Positions 53,162-63,925 of a DNA stretch of 64,000 nt are shown here, in pieces. How positions within the stretch are numbered: the first letter of the stretch is position 1; every line of letters starts with the position of its first letter. The notes beneath the pieces were generated by a model. The model made no database searches. It was not told the origin of the DNA and saw only the letters and a program-made list of their open reading frames with translations. Origin of the DNA: Nostoc sp. DedSLP01 (GTDB taxonomy: Bacteria; Cyanobacteriota; Cyanobacteriia; Cyanobacteriales; Nostocaceae); contig JAVRCJ020000009.1 of assembly GCA_034530875.2 (NCBI GenBank), forward strand, positions 183,298 through 247,297, read 5' to 3'. The position numbers were made by a program, and so were the translations under genes.

Positions 53162-53875
53162 TTGATGAGAAACTATAGCTTTTTCAAAAAAATTACTACA
53201 ACTATTATCATAGGCGTCGTTTCTTTTTCCTGCGAACCCAACACTACCAGAAACAACGAACAGGCAAAAGCAACAGACAAACCTCAGTCAGAATCAAATA
53301 TTATCTATGGCGATTTAATTATTAAAGAACAATCGGATTATCTGATGATTCCGGTTAACTTTCCAGACCAGTCTCAAGACAAGCAAAGTAATGTCAGTCT
53401 TTCACGTTCTTATGAAAGAAATAACTTATTGTATAATCTGATATTTTATCGCAAGCAAGATGGGGAAGCTCATCTTTTATTAAATAAAAAAGCTATTATT
53501 AACCACTTTGAATTCTTAGAAGTGAAAACTGCCGCCAAACCAATTACAAGAGTTTGGCTGTATAAAATTATTGACCAAGATACAAACGCCGATAAAAAAA
53601 TTGACACCCAAGATGCGATTATTGGTTATATTTCTGATTTAGCGGGTAAGAACCTCCAGCAAATTACCCCAAACAATACGCAAATTGTTAATTGGGTTGT
53701 TCTTCCCAGCCAAAATGCAATTCTTGTCAAAATTCTTAAAGATTCCAATAACGATAAAAAGTTCACTGGAGAAGACAAAACGAATTTTGTGAGGGTGAAC
53801 CTGGATAAGCCTGATATTGGAAGCGAAATTATTAGCGATCGCCTAGAGGAAGAAATTAAATCATATATTAAGTAA
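53162..53875 (+). CDS. Hypothetical lipoprotein
   Basis: Lipobox-like SFSC; two DxNxDxK EF-hand-like loops. Confidence 0.8.
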   Translation: MMRNYSFFKKITTTIIIGVVSFSCEPNTTRNNEQAKATDKPQSESNIIYGDLIIKEQSDYLMIPVNFPDQSQDKQSNVSLSRSYERNNLLYNLIFYRKQDGEAHLLLNKKAIINHFEFLEVKTAAKPITRVWLYKIIDQDTNADKKIDTQDAIIGYISDLAGKNLQQITPNNTQIVNWVVLPSQNAILVKILKDSNNDKKFTGEDKTNFVRVNLDKPDIGSEIISDRLEEEIKSYIK

Positions 53876-53926
53876 ACTCTAGTTATTAACCTGGAAATTA
53901 ATTTCCAGGCGAGTGATTTCTTAAAA

Positions 53927-56089
53927 TCATTTACGACTTTCACGCCGCCACTTACCCCGAACTAAGCGAATTTCATCATAGGTGTAGCTTTCGCCTAGTT
54001 GTTCCCGAATGGGTGTCAAAGAAATATCGCCAAGCACTTCTAAAACTTGCCAAATTTTTTGCTGACGTTCTAAAGGTACTAATTTACTTAAATCTACAGG
54101 CTGATTTTTTTCTATTAAATCTGCAAGATGGCGAATAATTGTAGTCGGTCGAATGTTGCGTTTTTGGGCAATTTCTGTAATACTCAAACCTTGTTTATGC
54201 AATTGGAATGTCAAGATTTCGGTGTCGGAAGGTAAGCCAGCAAAAGATGTGAAATTATCCAGTGGCGCATCTAGAAAACCTTTTTCTTGGCGATAGGCAC
54301 GAATTTCTGCAAGGAATTTTTCGCCGTATTGGGTAAGTTTGTGAGTGCCTACCCCAGAAAGTTTACCAAATTCACTCATCGTTTTAGGTTGTACCTGCGC
54401 CATCAGTTTCAAGGTAGAATCTGGAAACACAATATAAGGTGGAACTGATTGTTCGTCAGCAAGTTGTTTGCGTAGCGATCGCAATCTTTGCATTAAGATT
54501 TCTGCTTCAGCTGCTTTTTCGCTTCCCTCTTCTGTCAAAGTAATGTTTTGGGCTGGAGTCACAGCTAGGAAAACTGTACGCTGTCGCCGCATCACTTCCC
54601 AACTCAGGGGATTGAGTTTCAAAACTGAGTAACCATCGCTAGTCTGTTCTAATAGTCCTTGATGTAAAAGCGATCGCGCCAACATCCGCCACTCATCTAC
54701 AGTTTTATCTTTGCCGATTCCGTAGGTAGAAAGCTGGTCGTGTTGATTGGCAATAATTTTTTGACTTTTTGCGCCGCGCAAGACATCAATAATATATGTC
54801 ATGCCAAATCTTTCTTTACAACGCGCCACACAAGATAAAAACTTCATGGCTTCAATTGTCCAATCTTGCGTTGGTTTGGGATTGCGGCAATTATCACAGT
54901 TACCACAATTTCCCGGAAACCTTTCCCCAAAATAACCCAGCTGAATTGTCCGGCGACAGACAGTGCCTTCAGCATAATCAATTACCTGCCGCAGTTGTTG
55001 TTTGGCAATTAACTGTTCTTGGGCGTCGGTTTTTTGGTTAATACTCCATTCAATAGTTTTAATATCAGCGAAGCTAAAAAAAACCGTACAACGTGAAGGT
55101 TCTCCATCCCTTCCTGCCCTACCTGATTCTTGATAGTAACTTTCTAAATTACGCGGCAAATCAAAGTGAATTACTAACCGCACATCTGGCTTATTAATTC
55201 CCATGCCAAAGGCAATTGTCGCCACCATAACGCGCACATCATCCCGAATAAATCGAGTTTGATTTTTGCTGCGTTCTTCATCTGTTAGCCCGGCATGATA
55301 AGGCAAGGCGGAAATTTTATCATTTTGTAGTTTAAAAGTGAGTTCGTCAACTTTTTTGCGTGTCAAACAATAAATAATGACTGAACCCTCGCTTTCCCGC
55401 ACGAGTTCTAATAATTCTGCATAAGCAGACTTAGTTTTAGAACGAACTTCGTAATAAAGGTTTTGACGATTGAAGCTGGCTATGTGAATGCTTGGTTGCT
55501 TCAATCCTAATTGTTGAATGATATCACTACGGACGCGATCGGTGGCTGTGGCTGTCAGGGCGACAGTAGGAACATCGGCATAGCGTTTTCGCAGAGATAT
55601 TAACTGGCGATATTCCGGGCGAAAATCGTGTCCCCACTCAGAGACGCAGTGTGCTTCGTCAATGGCGAAGGTAGAAATACCGATTTGATGGTGAACTAAA
55701 TCGAGAAACGGTAGAAATCTTTCACTCAAAAGACGTTCTGGGGCGACATAAAGTAATTTTACTTTGCCGTTGAGAATGGCTTCTTCTCGCGATCGCACTT
55801 TATACGCATTCAAACTACTATTAAGAAATGTTGCGCTAATATTATTATTTCGCAGTCCTTCCACCTGATCTTGCATTAAAGCAATTAAAGGCGATACGAC
55901 TACAGTTAAACCTTTTTTGATTAAAGCAGGTAGCTGAAAACACAAAGATTTTCCACCACCCGTAGGCATGACCACTAATAAATCCCGATTTTGTAGCGCA
56001 TCTTCGATAATTTGTCGTTGTCCGGGGCGAAACCTATCGTAACCGAAGTGATATTTTAGCGCTTGTTCGAGATGGGGATACTGAAGCAT
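53927..56089 (-). CDS. recQ: ATP-dependent DNA helicase RecQ
   Basis: [22 protein letters not shown], Zn Cys cluster, RQC, HRDC and C-terminal HTH domains. Confidence 0.96.
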   Translation of the reverse strand: MLQYPHLEQALKYHFGYDRFRPGQRQIIEDALQNRDLLVVMPTGGGKSLCFQLPALIKKGLTVVVSPLIALMQDQVEGLRNNNISATFLNSSLNAYKVRSREEAILNGKVKLLYVAPERLLSERFLPFLDLVHHQIGISTFAIDEAHCVSEWGHDFRPEYRQLISLRKRYADVPTVALTATATDRVRSDIIQQLGLKQPSIHIASFNRQNLYYEVRSKTKSAYAELLELVRESEGSVIIYCLTRKKVDELTFKLQNDKISALPYHAGLTDEERSKNQTRFIRDDVRVMVATIAFGMGINKPDVRLVIHFDLPRNLESYYQESGRAGRDGEPSRCTVFFSFADIKTIEWSINQKTDAQEQLIAKQQLRQVIDYAEGTVCRRTIQLGYFGERFPGNCGNCDNCRNPKPTQDWTIEAMKFLSCVARCKERFGMTYIIDVLRGAKSQKIIANQHDQLSTYGIGKDKTVDEWRMLARSLLHQGLLEQTSDGYSVLKLNPLSWEVMRRQRTVFLAVTPAQNITLTEEGSEKAAEAEILMQRLRSLRKQLADEQSVPPYIVFPDSTLKLMAQVQPKTMSEFGKLSGVGTHKLTQYGEKFLAEIRAYRQEKGFLDAPLDNFTSFAGLPSDTEILTFQLHKQGLSITEIAQKRNIRPTTIIRHLADLIEKNQPVDLSKLVPLERQQKIWQVLEVLGDISLTPIREQLGESYTYDEIRLVRGKWRRESRK

Positions 56090-56686
56090 AGCGATCGCTT
56101 TTTTGGCTGCGTTCTGCGTAAAAAAGTAAGTTTAGTGCGAAAAGTAAGATATATTTTTAATAATCTTAGCTTTCTCATTGAATTTGTGTAAGTTGAGAAT
56201 TACAAATTGTCGCCAATCGCAAAAACTCAAGCTAAGATTTAAAAACCGGTAAGAGGTGGAGCTGTTAAAAACTTTTCCATCATAGCTTGTAGCCATACTG
56301 CAAGCTAAAACAGTACTAGAAATAGTCATTTGGAAATTGTTAACAGCACAATCTAATACCGTTAGTTTACCGCAGTCTGACTTTTCACAAAGTCCGGAAT
56401 CTCAATTTGAGATAGGTAGTAAGGGTGTGACGATGCTAGAAGAGAAGGAATGTGAAATTCCAAAATTGAACGAGATAAAACAAGTGTGTTTCCCCTAAAC
56501 CCTTCTACTTTTTTTCAGATGACGTGAAAATTTAGATGCTAAATTATTCTTAAAGTTCTGAGTGGAGGCTTTCTCCATTCAGAATTTTGTTCGTAAATAG
56601 AGGAGTCAACCCCTTGGAGGAATTCAAAATTCAAAATTATGATTAATAGACATCTGGTGAAATTAATTCTGCATTACCCTAAACCC

Positions 56687-56719
56687 TTGTAGAGACGTAG
56701 CATTGCTACGTCTCTACAT
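56687..56719. repeat. GTAG-type REP-like palindrome
   Basis: TGTAGAGACGTAGCA-T-TGCTACGTCTCTACA; relatives near 12517, 19222, 32826, 34548, 50495 and 63580. Confidence 0.75.
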
Positions 56720-56728
56720 TCATTTTCA

Positions 56729-58276
56729 CTATTGACACATTGGTTTCGCTGTCTGTTCATGCTTTATCTCGCTACATTTTAACCGTGATTGTAGAACATC
56801 AATCTTTTGCAAAAGCGACATTCCCCACACTATAGAAATCGCCAGCTTGATTGTCATACCAACGAGCAAAAATGCTACTATTCTAGAATTTCTTCTTTGT
56901 TGAGCTAGCCTTTTTTGTTCTTCTGCAAGTCGTGCTTCGACTTCTTTAGCACGTTCGACTTCTAGTGCTTGCTGCATTTCTCGCCTATCTAATTCTTCAC
57001 TAGCAGCTAAAAATTTATAGTCTAAGGTGCTTAAACTTTTGCCACTTGCCCAAATTTGAGCATCAATTAGGGCTTGTCCGCGCAATAAGCGAGATTCGTC
57101 TTCTTGGTTTAAGGCTATCCAAGCATTGAAACTTTCGTAATAGGGACGCAGGTTAGCTAATTTTTTTCCGACCCATTCGAGGTTGAAAACTTCTTCATAA
57201 ATGCGGTTTTTGATTTTGAGAGTACTTTGATTTTTAACCACCAAACCAGACAGTAATAATTCTACTTGTTCTCGACTGTCGTCAGCAGGGACTTCAATTC
57301 CTTGGAGAACTTGTTGATAAATTCCTAATAATCTAGCGGCAGTTTGTTCGTTTCTGAGGATGCGATCGCGAATTGTCTTCAAATGCTCTGGTTCATCTTG
57401 GGATTCCCATTTTTCGATGATATACGATCGCACTACATTTTCGATCCAAAACTCTTCTGTTCCGGGGGGAATTTTTATCTTTCTACCCATCTCATCTTGA
57501 GATAAATTCACAAGCAGCCGACACAGCTTTTGCGTTAAAAATGGCTGCCCTTGCGTCCAAAATAATATTTCTTGCAAAATTTTCTGGGGATTATTGGCTA
57601 TAATTTCCAGACCTAAAGCTAATGGTTGAGCTTCTTCAAATGTGAAACCAGTTACTTGTATAGCTTTTCCAATATTAAATGGTGTAGTATTATTTCGATA
57701 TTCAATTAAATCTGAAGGCGTAGCGACACCGAAAATTGCAAATGTAATTCGATTATATTCTGGATTGTTTGCTCGTTGGTTATAACAATATCTAATTAAG
57801 CTAAAAAAATCATCAACTGCAAAATTTAAGTTGAGGATACTATCAATTTCATCAATAAAAATAAACAGTCTTTCATTAGGAAACTGAGCTAAAAGTACTT
57901 GCGAAATAAACCGACTCAGTTTTTGATTTAAAGAAATATCTTGCTGTTCTTGCCACCAGGTTTTTAAATTAACTTTTCCCAACAGCTGAAAACCTAACCA
58001 TAAATCCCCTGCTACTCCTTTGTACCACTGTTCTGGAGTGATGTTTTCAGAACCAATATTCGTCATATCAACGGTGGCACACCGAAAACCTTCTTGTTGC
58101 AAGCGATGTTTTGTTTTCACCATCAGCGAGGATTTACCCATTTGCCTGCAACTGAGGATGTAGCAAAATTCTCCCTTTTTCAAAGCATTGTAGAGTTCTA
58201 CATCTGCTTTCCGCTCAACATAGCTAGGAGCGTCACTGGTGAGAGTACCACCAACTTGGTATCTATAATTGCTCAT
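56729..58276 (-). CDS. AAA_35 (AAA-like) NTPase with C-terminal coiled coil and TM helix
   Basis: [46 protein letters not shown] motifs. Confidence 0.88.
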   Translation of the reverse strand: MSNYRYQVGGTLTSDAPSYVERKADVELYNALKKGEFCYILSCRQMGKSSLMVKTKHRLQQEGFRCATVDMTNIGSENITPEQWYKGVAGDLWLGFQLLGKVNLKTWWQEQQDISLNQKLSRFISQVLLAQFPNERLFIFIDEIDSILNLNFAVDDFFSLIRYCYNQRANNPEYNRITFAIFGVATPSDLIEYRNNTTPFNIGKAIQVTGFTFEEAQPLALGLEIIANNPQKILQEILFWTQGQPFLTQKLCRLLVNLSQDEMGRKIKIPPGTEEFWIENVVRSYIIEKWESQDEPEHLKTIRDRILRNEQTAARLLGIYQQVLQGIEVPADDSREQVELLLSGLVVKNQSTLKIKNRIYEEVFNLEWVGKKLANLRPYYESFNAWIALNQEDESRLLRGQALIDAQIWASGKSLSTLDYKFLAASEELDRREMQQALEVERAKEVEARLAEEQKRLAQQRRNSRIVAFLLVGMTIKLAISIVWGMSLLQKIDVLQSRLKCSEIKHEQTAKPMCQ

Positions 58277-58566
58277 TTGATTTTAAAATTTATTATTTTC
58301 TTTATCGAAGAATTTATATCGGGACAATCTTCATAGGGTTACGAAGCCCCATTGTAAACCAAGATTCAGCCTCTTTCTACGAGATGCTGCCTTTAGCTTG
58401 CTTCACCGTAAGAGTACGCATGGCTAGCAATGGGCGATCGCTCAGTCTGACTCGAATAACCAACTCAATTGTGACTCCTGATTTTTGAATTCTTCATAAA
58501 ATTCATTTAAAAACCAATATGTTTGATGGTTTACCTTCCCAGATTTTAGCAGAAGTATTAACGCCC

Positions 58567-59934
58567 TCAGTATTTTCCCAATTGCTGATTAAAATAAAGA
58601 CAGTATAATTCGCACATCACACAAGCTCGATCGCCGTTGAGTTGAACTAAACCCATACTTTCTAGTTTATAAGCAGCGATCGCATCCAACTCTACTTTGT
58701 CATGGCTGGCAATTACCTGTTGCATTGCAGACATTAATTCTGGTTCTTTTTGCAGCAAGTTCAAAATTTCTCGTAAATGTTCTTTGTAAATTCCTACTGG
58801 TGTCGCTGCTGTTTCTAATAAGGTTTGCAGCGTCATTTCTCGCCCAGATAAATGATACAGTGCAAGACTCACCAAGTAAGGATGCCCTCCCACCATCGCT
58901 TGTAGAGCCTCTAAAGATTTTGCACCTTGGGGGTCTGCTGCCCACTCTAACCCATAACGCAATGCTAAATCCTGTGTTTGCTTGAGAGTGAACGCTGGCA
59001 AGGTAATTGTAATCCCGACATTAAAAGGCGATTGGTTGAGCTTGAGAGGCACATAAATTTCTGTAGTGTGAACTACTACTATTCGCAGTTTCTGCCATGT
59101 CGCGTCTTGCTTTGCTTGTTCGTGCCAAAATCGCAGCATCGGCAAAAAGTCTTGGGCAATATTCGGATGCTCAAAAACTCGCTGTACTTCATTTAACGCT
59201 AAAACTACGGGATTTTCGGCGATGTACTGTAATACATAAGCTTCAAAATATATTTTGCAGCTGACTTTGCTGCCCATGTCTATATCCCAAAAATCATCCA
59301 GACACGGAAGCAGGTCTAATTGTCTGGTGACATACACGCAAAACCAACGCAAAAATTTATCTAATGAAGTAAAAACTTCTTGGTCAGCTTCTTGAAAGTC
59401 CAAGTAAACTATTTGATAATTCTGCTCTTTTGCAAAAGCAATCATCCGGTTGAGCAGCGAACTTTTACCCATTTTCCTTGGTGCTTTGATTCTAATTAAG
59501 CAACCAGAGTGTAATATCTCTTGACAAATAAGTTCTTCCAGTGGAGGGCGATTAATGTATAAATTAGAGCTTGCTGACACTGGGCCGCTAGGGAATTCAA
59601 TCTTGCCAACAGCAAAGAAGTTTGGATCGAGCTTTGGCAATCTGAAATTTTTGTTACTTTGTTGTGGTTGATTTTGCTGCAAACTCATCCCTTGGGAGTA
59701 TTTGCTCAAAACTAAATGCAGATTTTTTTTTGTTACTCTCTCCCCAGCGGCTTGTGACAAGTCTTGCCACAACTGAGAGCCTACTTGCTTAATATAATTT
59801 CTCCCATAACCTGTTCCCTCTGCCATCTCATCGTAAGTTTTGCCCAACCACGATTGATAAAGCACAAACGACTGAATGGAATCGAGAACCTTATCTTGTA
59901 GAATTTTTTCTACAGCTTCTAGCAATTCTTCCAC
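58567..59934 (-). CDS. AAA_35 NTPase with N-terminal HTH-like domain
   Basis: N-terminal SWLGKTYDEMA..GSQLWQDLS..VTKKN; RKMGKSS; SPFNVG; GGHPYL. Confidence 0.88.
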   Translation of the reverse strand: MEELLEAVEKILQDKVLDSIQSFVLYQSWLGKTYDEMAEGTGYGRNYIKQVGSQLWQDLSQAAGERVTKKNLHLVLSKYSQGMSLQQNQPQQSNKNFRLPKLDPNFFAVGKIEFPSGPVSASSNLYINRPPLEELICQEILHSGCLIRIKAPRKMGKSSLLNRMIAFAKEQNYQIVYLDFQEADQEVFTSLDKFLRWFCVYVTRQLDLLPCLDDFWDIDMGSKVSCKIYFEAYVLQYIAENPVVLALNEVQRVFEHPNIAQDFLPMLRFWHEQAKQDATWQKLRIVVVHTTEIYVPLKLNQSPFNVGITITLPAFTLKQTQDLALRYGLEWAADPQGAKSLEALQAMVGGHPYLVSLALYHLSGREMTLQTLLETAATPVGIYKEHLREILNLLQKEPELMSAMQQVIASHDKVELDAIAAYKLESMGLVQLNGDRACVMCELYCLYFNQQLGKY

Positions 59935-60576
59935 AGTTATTAAAAGTTAAACACTTTCTAAAATTAGAGATTTCTTTAGCTTCTTAATAATATACAACCG
60001 GAAAAATACCTGGATAAAGAGTAATCTATCAATTTCATTGTTTTCAGTCAATGAACCAACAGTATATTATTTTAGTAGTATAATTAATAACTAAGTTATT
60101 TAGGTTGATTTGAGCGATCGCCATTTATATCATGTCAGTTTGAATACTTATCATTTAGGCTAAAGGAGAGACGAGGAGATTTTTTTTAATCAGCGATCGA
60201 GCTTAACAGCTTATCACTCTCATTATTATGACAGCCTCATCATTGCCTTAGAGTAAATATTGCTAATTATAAATTGGGCAAAGTGGCACTGAGCATCAAA
60301 ACGTAAAGCTTTATCAGCAATAAATTGTAATATTTTAACTTTGTTAAACTCCTAAGAAATAAGGCAGGAGGCAGTCCCGATGAAACAAGTTTCACCACCA
60401 AGTATAAAAGTGGTCTTTTCCCTACTCCCCACTTACAAGTCAGAAGGAAAGAATATTTGACTAGTTTGTTTCGCCCTTGGTGTAGGTGCGCCTTTGTTGG
60501 AGACTCACGTAGCTTTTAGCGACAGTTTGGGAATACTAAAGTTGCATATTACACAAGAATCCCAGCAAGCTATAGC

Positions 60577-63057
60577 ATGACGTTGGCATTTTTCAATTAT
60601 CCTTTCTATTCAAACAATTTCGTTCCTCACGGGCATTGTTATCTCTGGAAGACAGAGCTAGTCTGGCTCCACATTATCTCTGATGTGACGATCGCCCTTG
60701 CGTATTATTCTATTCCTCTATTACTGATTTACTTTATTTCCAAACGCAAAGATCTTCCTTTCAACGGAGTTTTTGTCTTATTTGGTGCTTTTATCCTGGC
60801 CTGCGGTACTGGACATTTGATGGAAATTTGGACGCTTTGGCATCCTGATTACTGGATTTCAGGCGGTTTAAAAGCTTTTACTGCGATTATTTCCATATAT
60901 ACAGCATTTGCCTTAATTTATCTCATACCTCAAGCTTTAACACTACCCAGCCCAGCCCAGTTAGAAGCTATAAATACGGCGCTGACAAGGGAAATTGTCG
61001 AGCACAAAAAAACAGAACAAGCCTTACTAAGCATTAGTAAAGCTCTAGAAAGCGCCAGTGATGCTATTGCTATAGGTGATGTTAGCGGAAAGTCAATTTA
61101 TCAAAATCCTGCATTTATCAATTTGTTCGGTTACACAGTTGATGAACTGAATGCTGCTGGCGGCGCAGTTGCAATTTATAAAAATCCAGCAAAAGCACAA
61201 AGCATCTTAAATACTATTATTAACGGGCGATCGTGGCGGGGTGAAGTGACGATGCAAAGCTCCACTAGTCATACTATACAAATTGATTTAAGGGCAGATG
61301 CTATTAAAGACCCTACTGGTAATATTATTGCTTTAGTTGGCATTCACACCGATATTAGCGATGTCTACGACGAGCTTCGCTTACGCAAACAAGCAGAAGC
61401 TAAACTGCAAGCTGCTCAACAGTTTATGTATTCTGTAATCCAAGCGATGCCTATAGCAGTGTTTGTTAAAGATGCTACCGATCTGCGATTTGTTTTATGC
61501 AATCAAGCAGCTCAAGAGTTAGTTGGGGTCAGCGTCGATGAAATGTTGGGCAAGAGCGACTATGATTTATTTCCCAAAGAAGAAGCTGATTTATTTACCC
61601 AGCGAGATCGAGAAGCACTTACTAGCAAAAAAGTTATAGAAATTCCTGAAAAGATAGTTCACCTAAAAAGCGGCGAAACCCGCATTTTACACATTAAAAA
61701 AACTCCCATTTTCGATCCTCAAGGTCAGCCAGAATATTTGTTAGTAATTCGAGAAGATATCACAGAACAGAAGCAAATCCAGGCAGCTCTGACAGCCAGC
61801 GAAGCAAAGTTCCGTAACTTAGTAGAAAATGCCAACGATTCAATTTATGCCATGACGTTGGATGGCATATTTCATTATCTTTCTCCTAATTTCACAGATA
61901 TGTTGGGGTATGACATATCAGAATTTATAGGGCAATCTTTCGCACCTATTATTCATCCAGAAGATGTGCCAGCTTCTATAGCTTTTCTAAACACCATTGT
62001 GCAAACAGGTCAAAAACAAGCTGGACTTGAGGTAAGAGTTAAACGTAAAGATGGGACTTACGCCTGGATTATATCTAACACCTCACCGATGATTGATAGT
62101 AATGGGCAGATTGTAGGTTTTCAAGGCATCACACGCGACATTACCGAACGCAAACAAGCAGAAGCTCAACTAAAACAGCAAGCAATAGAACTAGAAGAAG
62201 CTCTCAAAGAACTACAAACCACCCAATCCCAACTTATCCAAAGCGAAAAAATGTCCTCTCTGGGTCAATTAGTAGCTGGAGTTGCCCACGAAATCAATAA
62301 CCCAGCTAATTTTATCTATGGAAATTTGATTCACGCCGACAACTACACCAACGAATTAATAAATTTACTTCACCTTTACCAAACCCACTACCCAAATCCT
62401 ATACCTGAAGTTCAACAACAAATTCAGGCTATAGATCTCGAATTTTTAATAGACGACTTGCCAAAACTGCTTTCTTCAATGCAAGTTGGTACAGAACGCA
62501 TCCGTAAAATTGTGGCTTCTCTTCGTACCTTTTCGCGGCTCGATGAGGCTGAGTTAAAGGCAGCAGATATTCATGAAAGTATTGACAGTACTTTAATGAT
62601 TTTAGAGCATCGTTTAAAAACTAAAGCGAATAATACCCAAATTGAAATTATTAAAGATTATGGCAAATTACCTTTAGTTGAGTGCTATGCTGGACAGCTA
62701 AATCAAGTATTTATGAATATTTTAACAAATGCAATTGATGCTTTAGAGGATTCATTAATTGAAGGGAAACTTACACATAACAATCCACAAATTAGGATTT
62801 GTACTCAACAATTAAATGCCAAACAATTAGTTATTCGGATTGTTGATAATGGCCCTGGCATTCCTGAAGAAGTTAGACAAAAGTTATTCGATCCTTTTTT
62901 TACTACCAAGCCTGTCGGTAAAGGTACTGGTTTAGGTTTATCGATTAGCTATCAAATTATTACCGAACGGCACAGTGGTTCGTTACAGTGTATTTCTTCT
63001 CCCAACCAAGGAGCTGAATTTATGATTCAAATTCCAATTGCACAGTCCAATAAGTAA
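60577..63057 (+). CDS. Sensor histidine kinase with ethylene-receptor-type TM domain and three PAS domains
   Basis: PHGHCYLW, SD..IALAYYSIP, FILACGTGH; H-box VAHEINNP; N, G1, F, G2 boxes. Confidence 0.9.
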   Translation: MTLAFFNYPFYSNNFVPHGHCYLWKTELVWLHIISDVTIALAYYSIPLLLIYFISKRKDLPFNGVFVLFGAFILACGTGHLMEIWTLWHPDYWISGGLKAFTAIISIYTAFALIYLIPQALTLPSPAQLEAINTALTREIVEHKKTEQALLSISKALESASDAIAIGDVSGKSIYQNPAFINLFGYTVDELNAAGGAVAIYKNPAKAQSILNTIINGRSWRGEVTMQSSTSHTIQIDLRADAIKDPTGNIIALVGIHTDISDVYDELRLRKQAEAKLQAAQQFMYSVIQAMPIAVFVKDATDLRFVLCNQAAQELVGVSVDEMLGKSDYDLFPKEEADLFTQRDREALTSKKVIEIPEKIVHLKSGETRILHIKKTPIFDPQGQPEYLLVIREDITEQKQIQAALTASEAKFRNLVENANDSIYAMTLDGIFHYLSPNFTDMLGYDISEFIGQSFAPIIHPEDVPASIAFLNTIVQTGQKQAGLEVRVKRKDGTYAWIISNTSPMIDSNGQIVGFQGITRDITERKQAEAQLKQQAIELEEALKELQTTQSQLIQSEKMSSLGQLVAGVAHEINNPANFIYGNLIHADNYTNELINLLHLYQTHYPNPIPEVQQQIQAIDLEFLIDDLPKLLSSMQVGTERIRKIVASLRTFSRLDEAELKAADIHESIDSTLMILEHRLKTKANNTQIEIIKDYGKLPLVECYAGQLNQVFMNILTNAIDALEDSLIEGKLTHNNPQIRICTQQLNAKQLVIRIVDNGPGIPEEVRQKLFDPFFTTKPVGKGTGLGLSISYQIITERHSGSLQCISSPNQGAEFMIQIPIAQSNK
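61358..61386 (+). mobile_element. 21-nt mini-element inserted in HIP1 within the kinase PAS linker
   Basis: GCGAT[GTCTACGACGAGCTTCGCTTA]CGC. Confidence 0.8.
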
Positions 63058-63192
63058 TACTGATTACAAATTCAAGTTATCCCTTCCCTCTCTAAATAAG
63101 TATGTTCGCAAATCAAACAGGATTGCTATATATACTTAAAATGCTGTGGAAGTGTCAAAATATATATGTAAACTTTTTTTACAAAATTAGTT

Positions 63193-63477
63193 ATGCCGAA
63201 AGCAATTTGGAATGGCGCAGTTTTAGCCGAGAGCGATAATACCGTAGTTGTTGAAGGCAACCATTATTTCCCGGCTGACACCATTAAAAAAGAGTACTTC
63301 ACGGAAAGCAACACGCATACAACTTGTCCTTGGAAAGGTGTTGCCAGCTACTACAGTATCGAAGTTGATGGACAAGTAAACAAAGATGCTGCTTGGTATT
63401 ATCCCAGCGCCAAGGAGAAAGCTAAGAATATTGAAGGCTATGTGGCTTTTTGGAAGGGCGTAAAAGTTGAGGCTTAA
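63193..63477 (+). CDS. DUF427 domain protein
   Basis: VEGNHYFP, TTCPWKGVASYY, AAWYYP motifs. Confidence 0.92.
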   Translation: MPKAIWNGAVLAESDNTVVVEGNHYFPADTIKKEYFTESNTHTTCPWKGVASYYSIEVDGQVNKDAAWYYPSAKEKAKNIEGYVAFWKGVKVEA

Positions 63478-63802
63478 TAAAGGTTCCTGGAAGTATTGGA
63501 TTTTCAGAGAATTGATTGAGCATTGACAGCAATCATCAAACTAATACCAATTCAATTAGCGAGCGCAACACATCCTTGGGTAAAGACGCGATCCATCGCG
63601 TCTCTACAAATGGTCTATTTGTCGTATTGTTTTTTCAAATTGGTATAATTTTGTGGAGGTTGGCTTGTGTTAACCTCCACAGTCTTAAACTATAAAAATC
63701 GCACGCAGTTTTTCAAAGTTTCCAACTACTCACCACAGAACAAGCAAATGAAGGGTAACGAGCTGACACGATGCTTTGTTCATTGATAAGTTTTGTTTAA
63801 GC

Positions 63803-63925
63803 TTTGTTAACCAAGACATAAGTTTCGTTTACAAGACATAAGTGTTCTGAACCAAACAACTTGTCTTGTGAACCAACGCACAAGCTTTCGTTTACAAGAC
63901 ATAAGTGTTCTGAACCAAACAACTT
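63803..63925. repeat. Degenerate 21-bp tandem repeat
   Basis: An exact 40-mer occurs at 63823 and 63886 (period 63 = 3x21). Confidence 0.8.

Noticed and set aside
56132..56329. 65-aa ORF upstream of recQ
   Set aside because: No clear RBS or recognisable motif; probably promoter or UTR DNA.
63168..63182. NtcA-like site before the DUF427 gene (similar cases at 2443 and 19276)
   Set aside because: Spacing is GTA-N9-TAC, not N8.
63823..63925. Possible mini-CRISPR (40-bp repeat, 23-bp spacer)
   Set aside because: Only two copies, the spacer is itself a variant of the 21-bp unit, and no cas genes are in the window.
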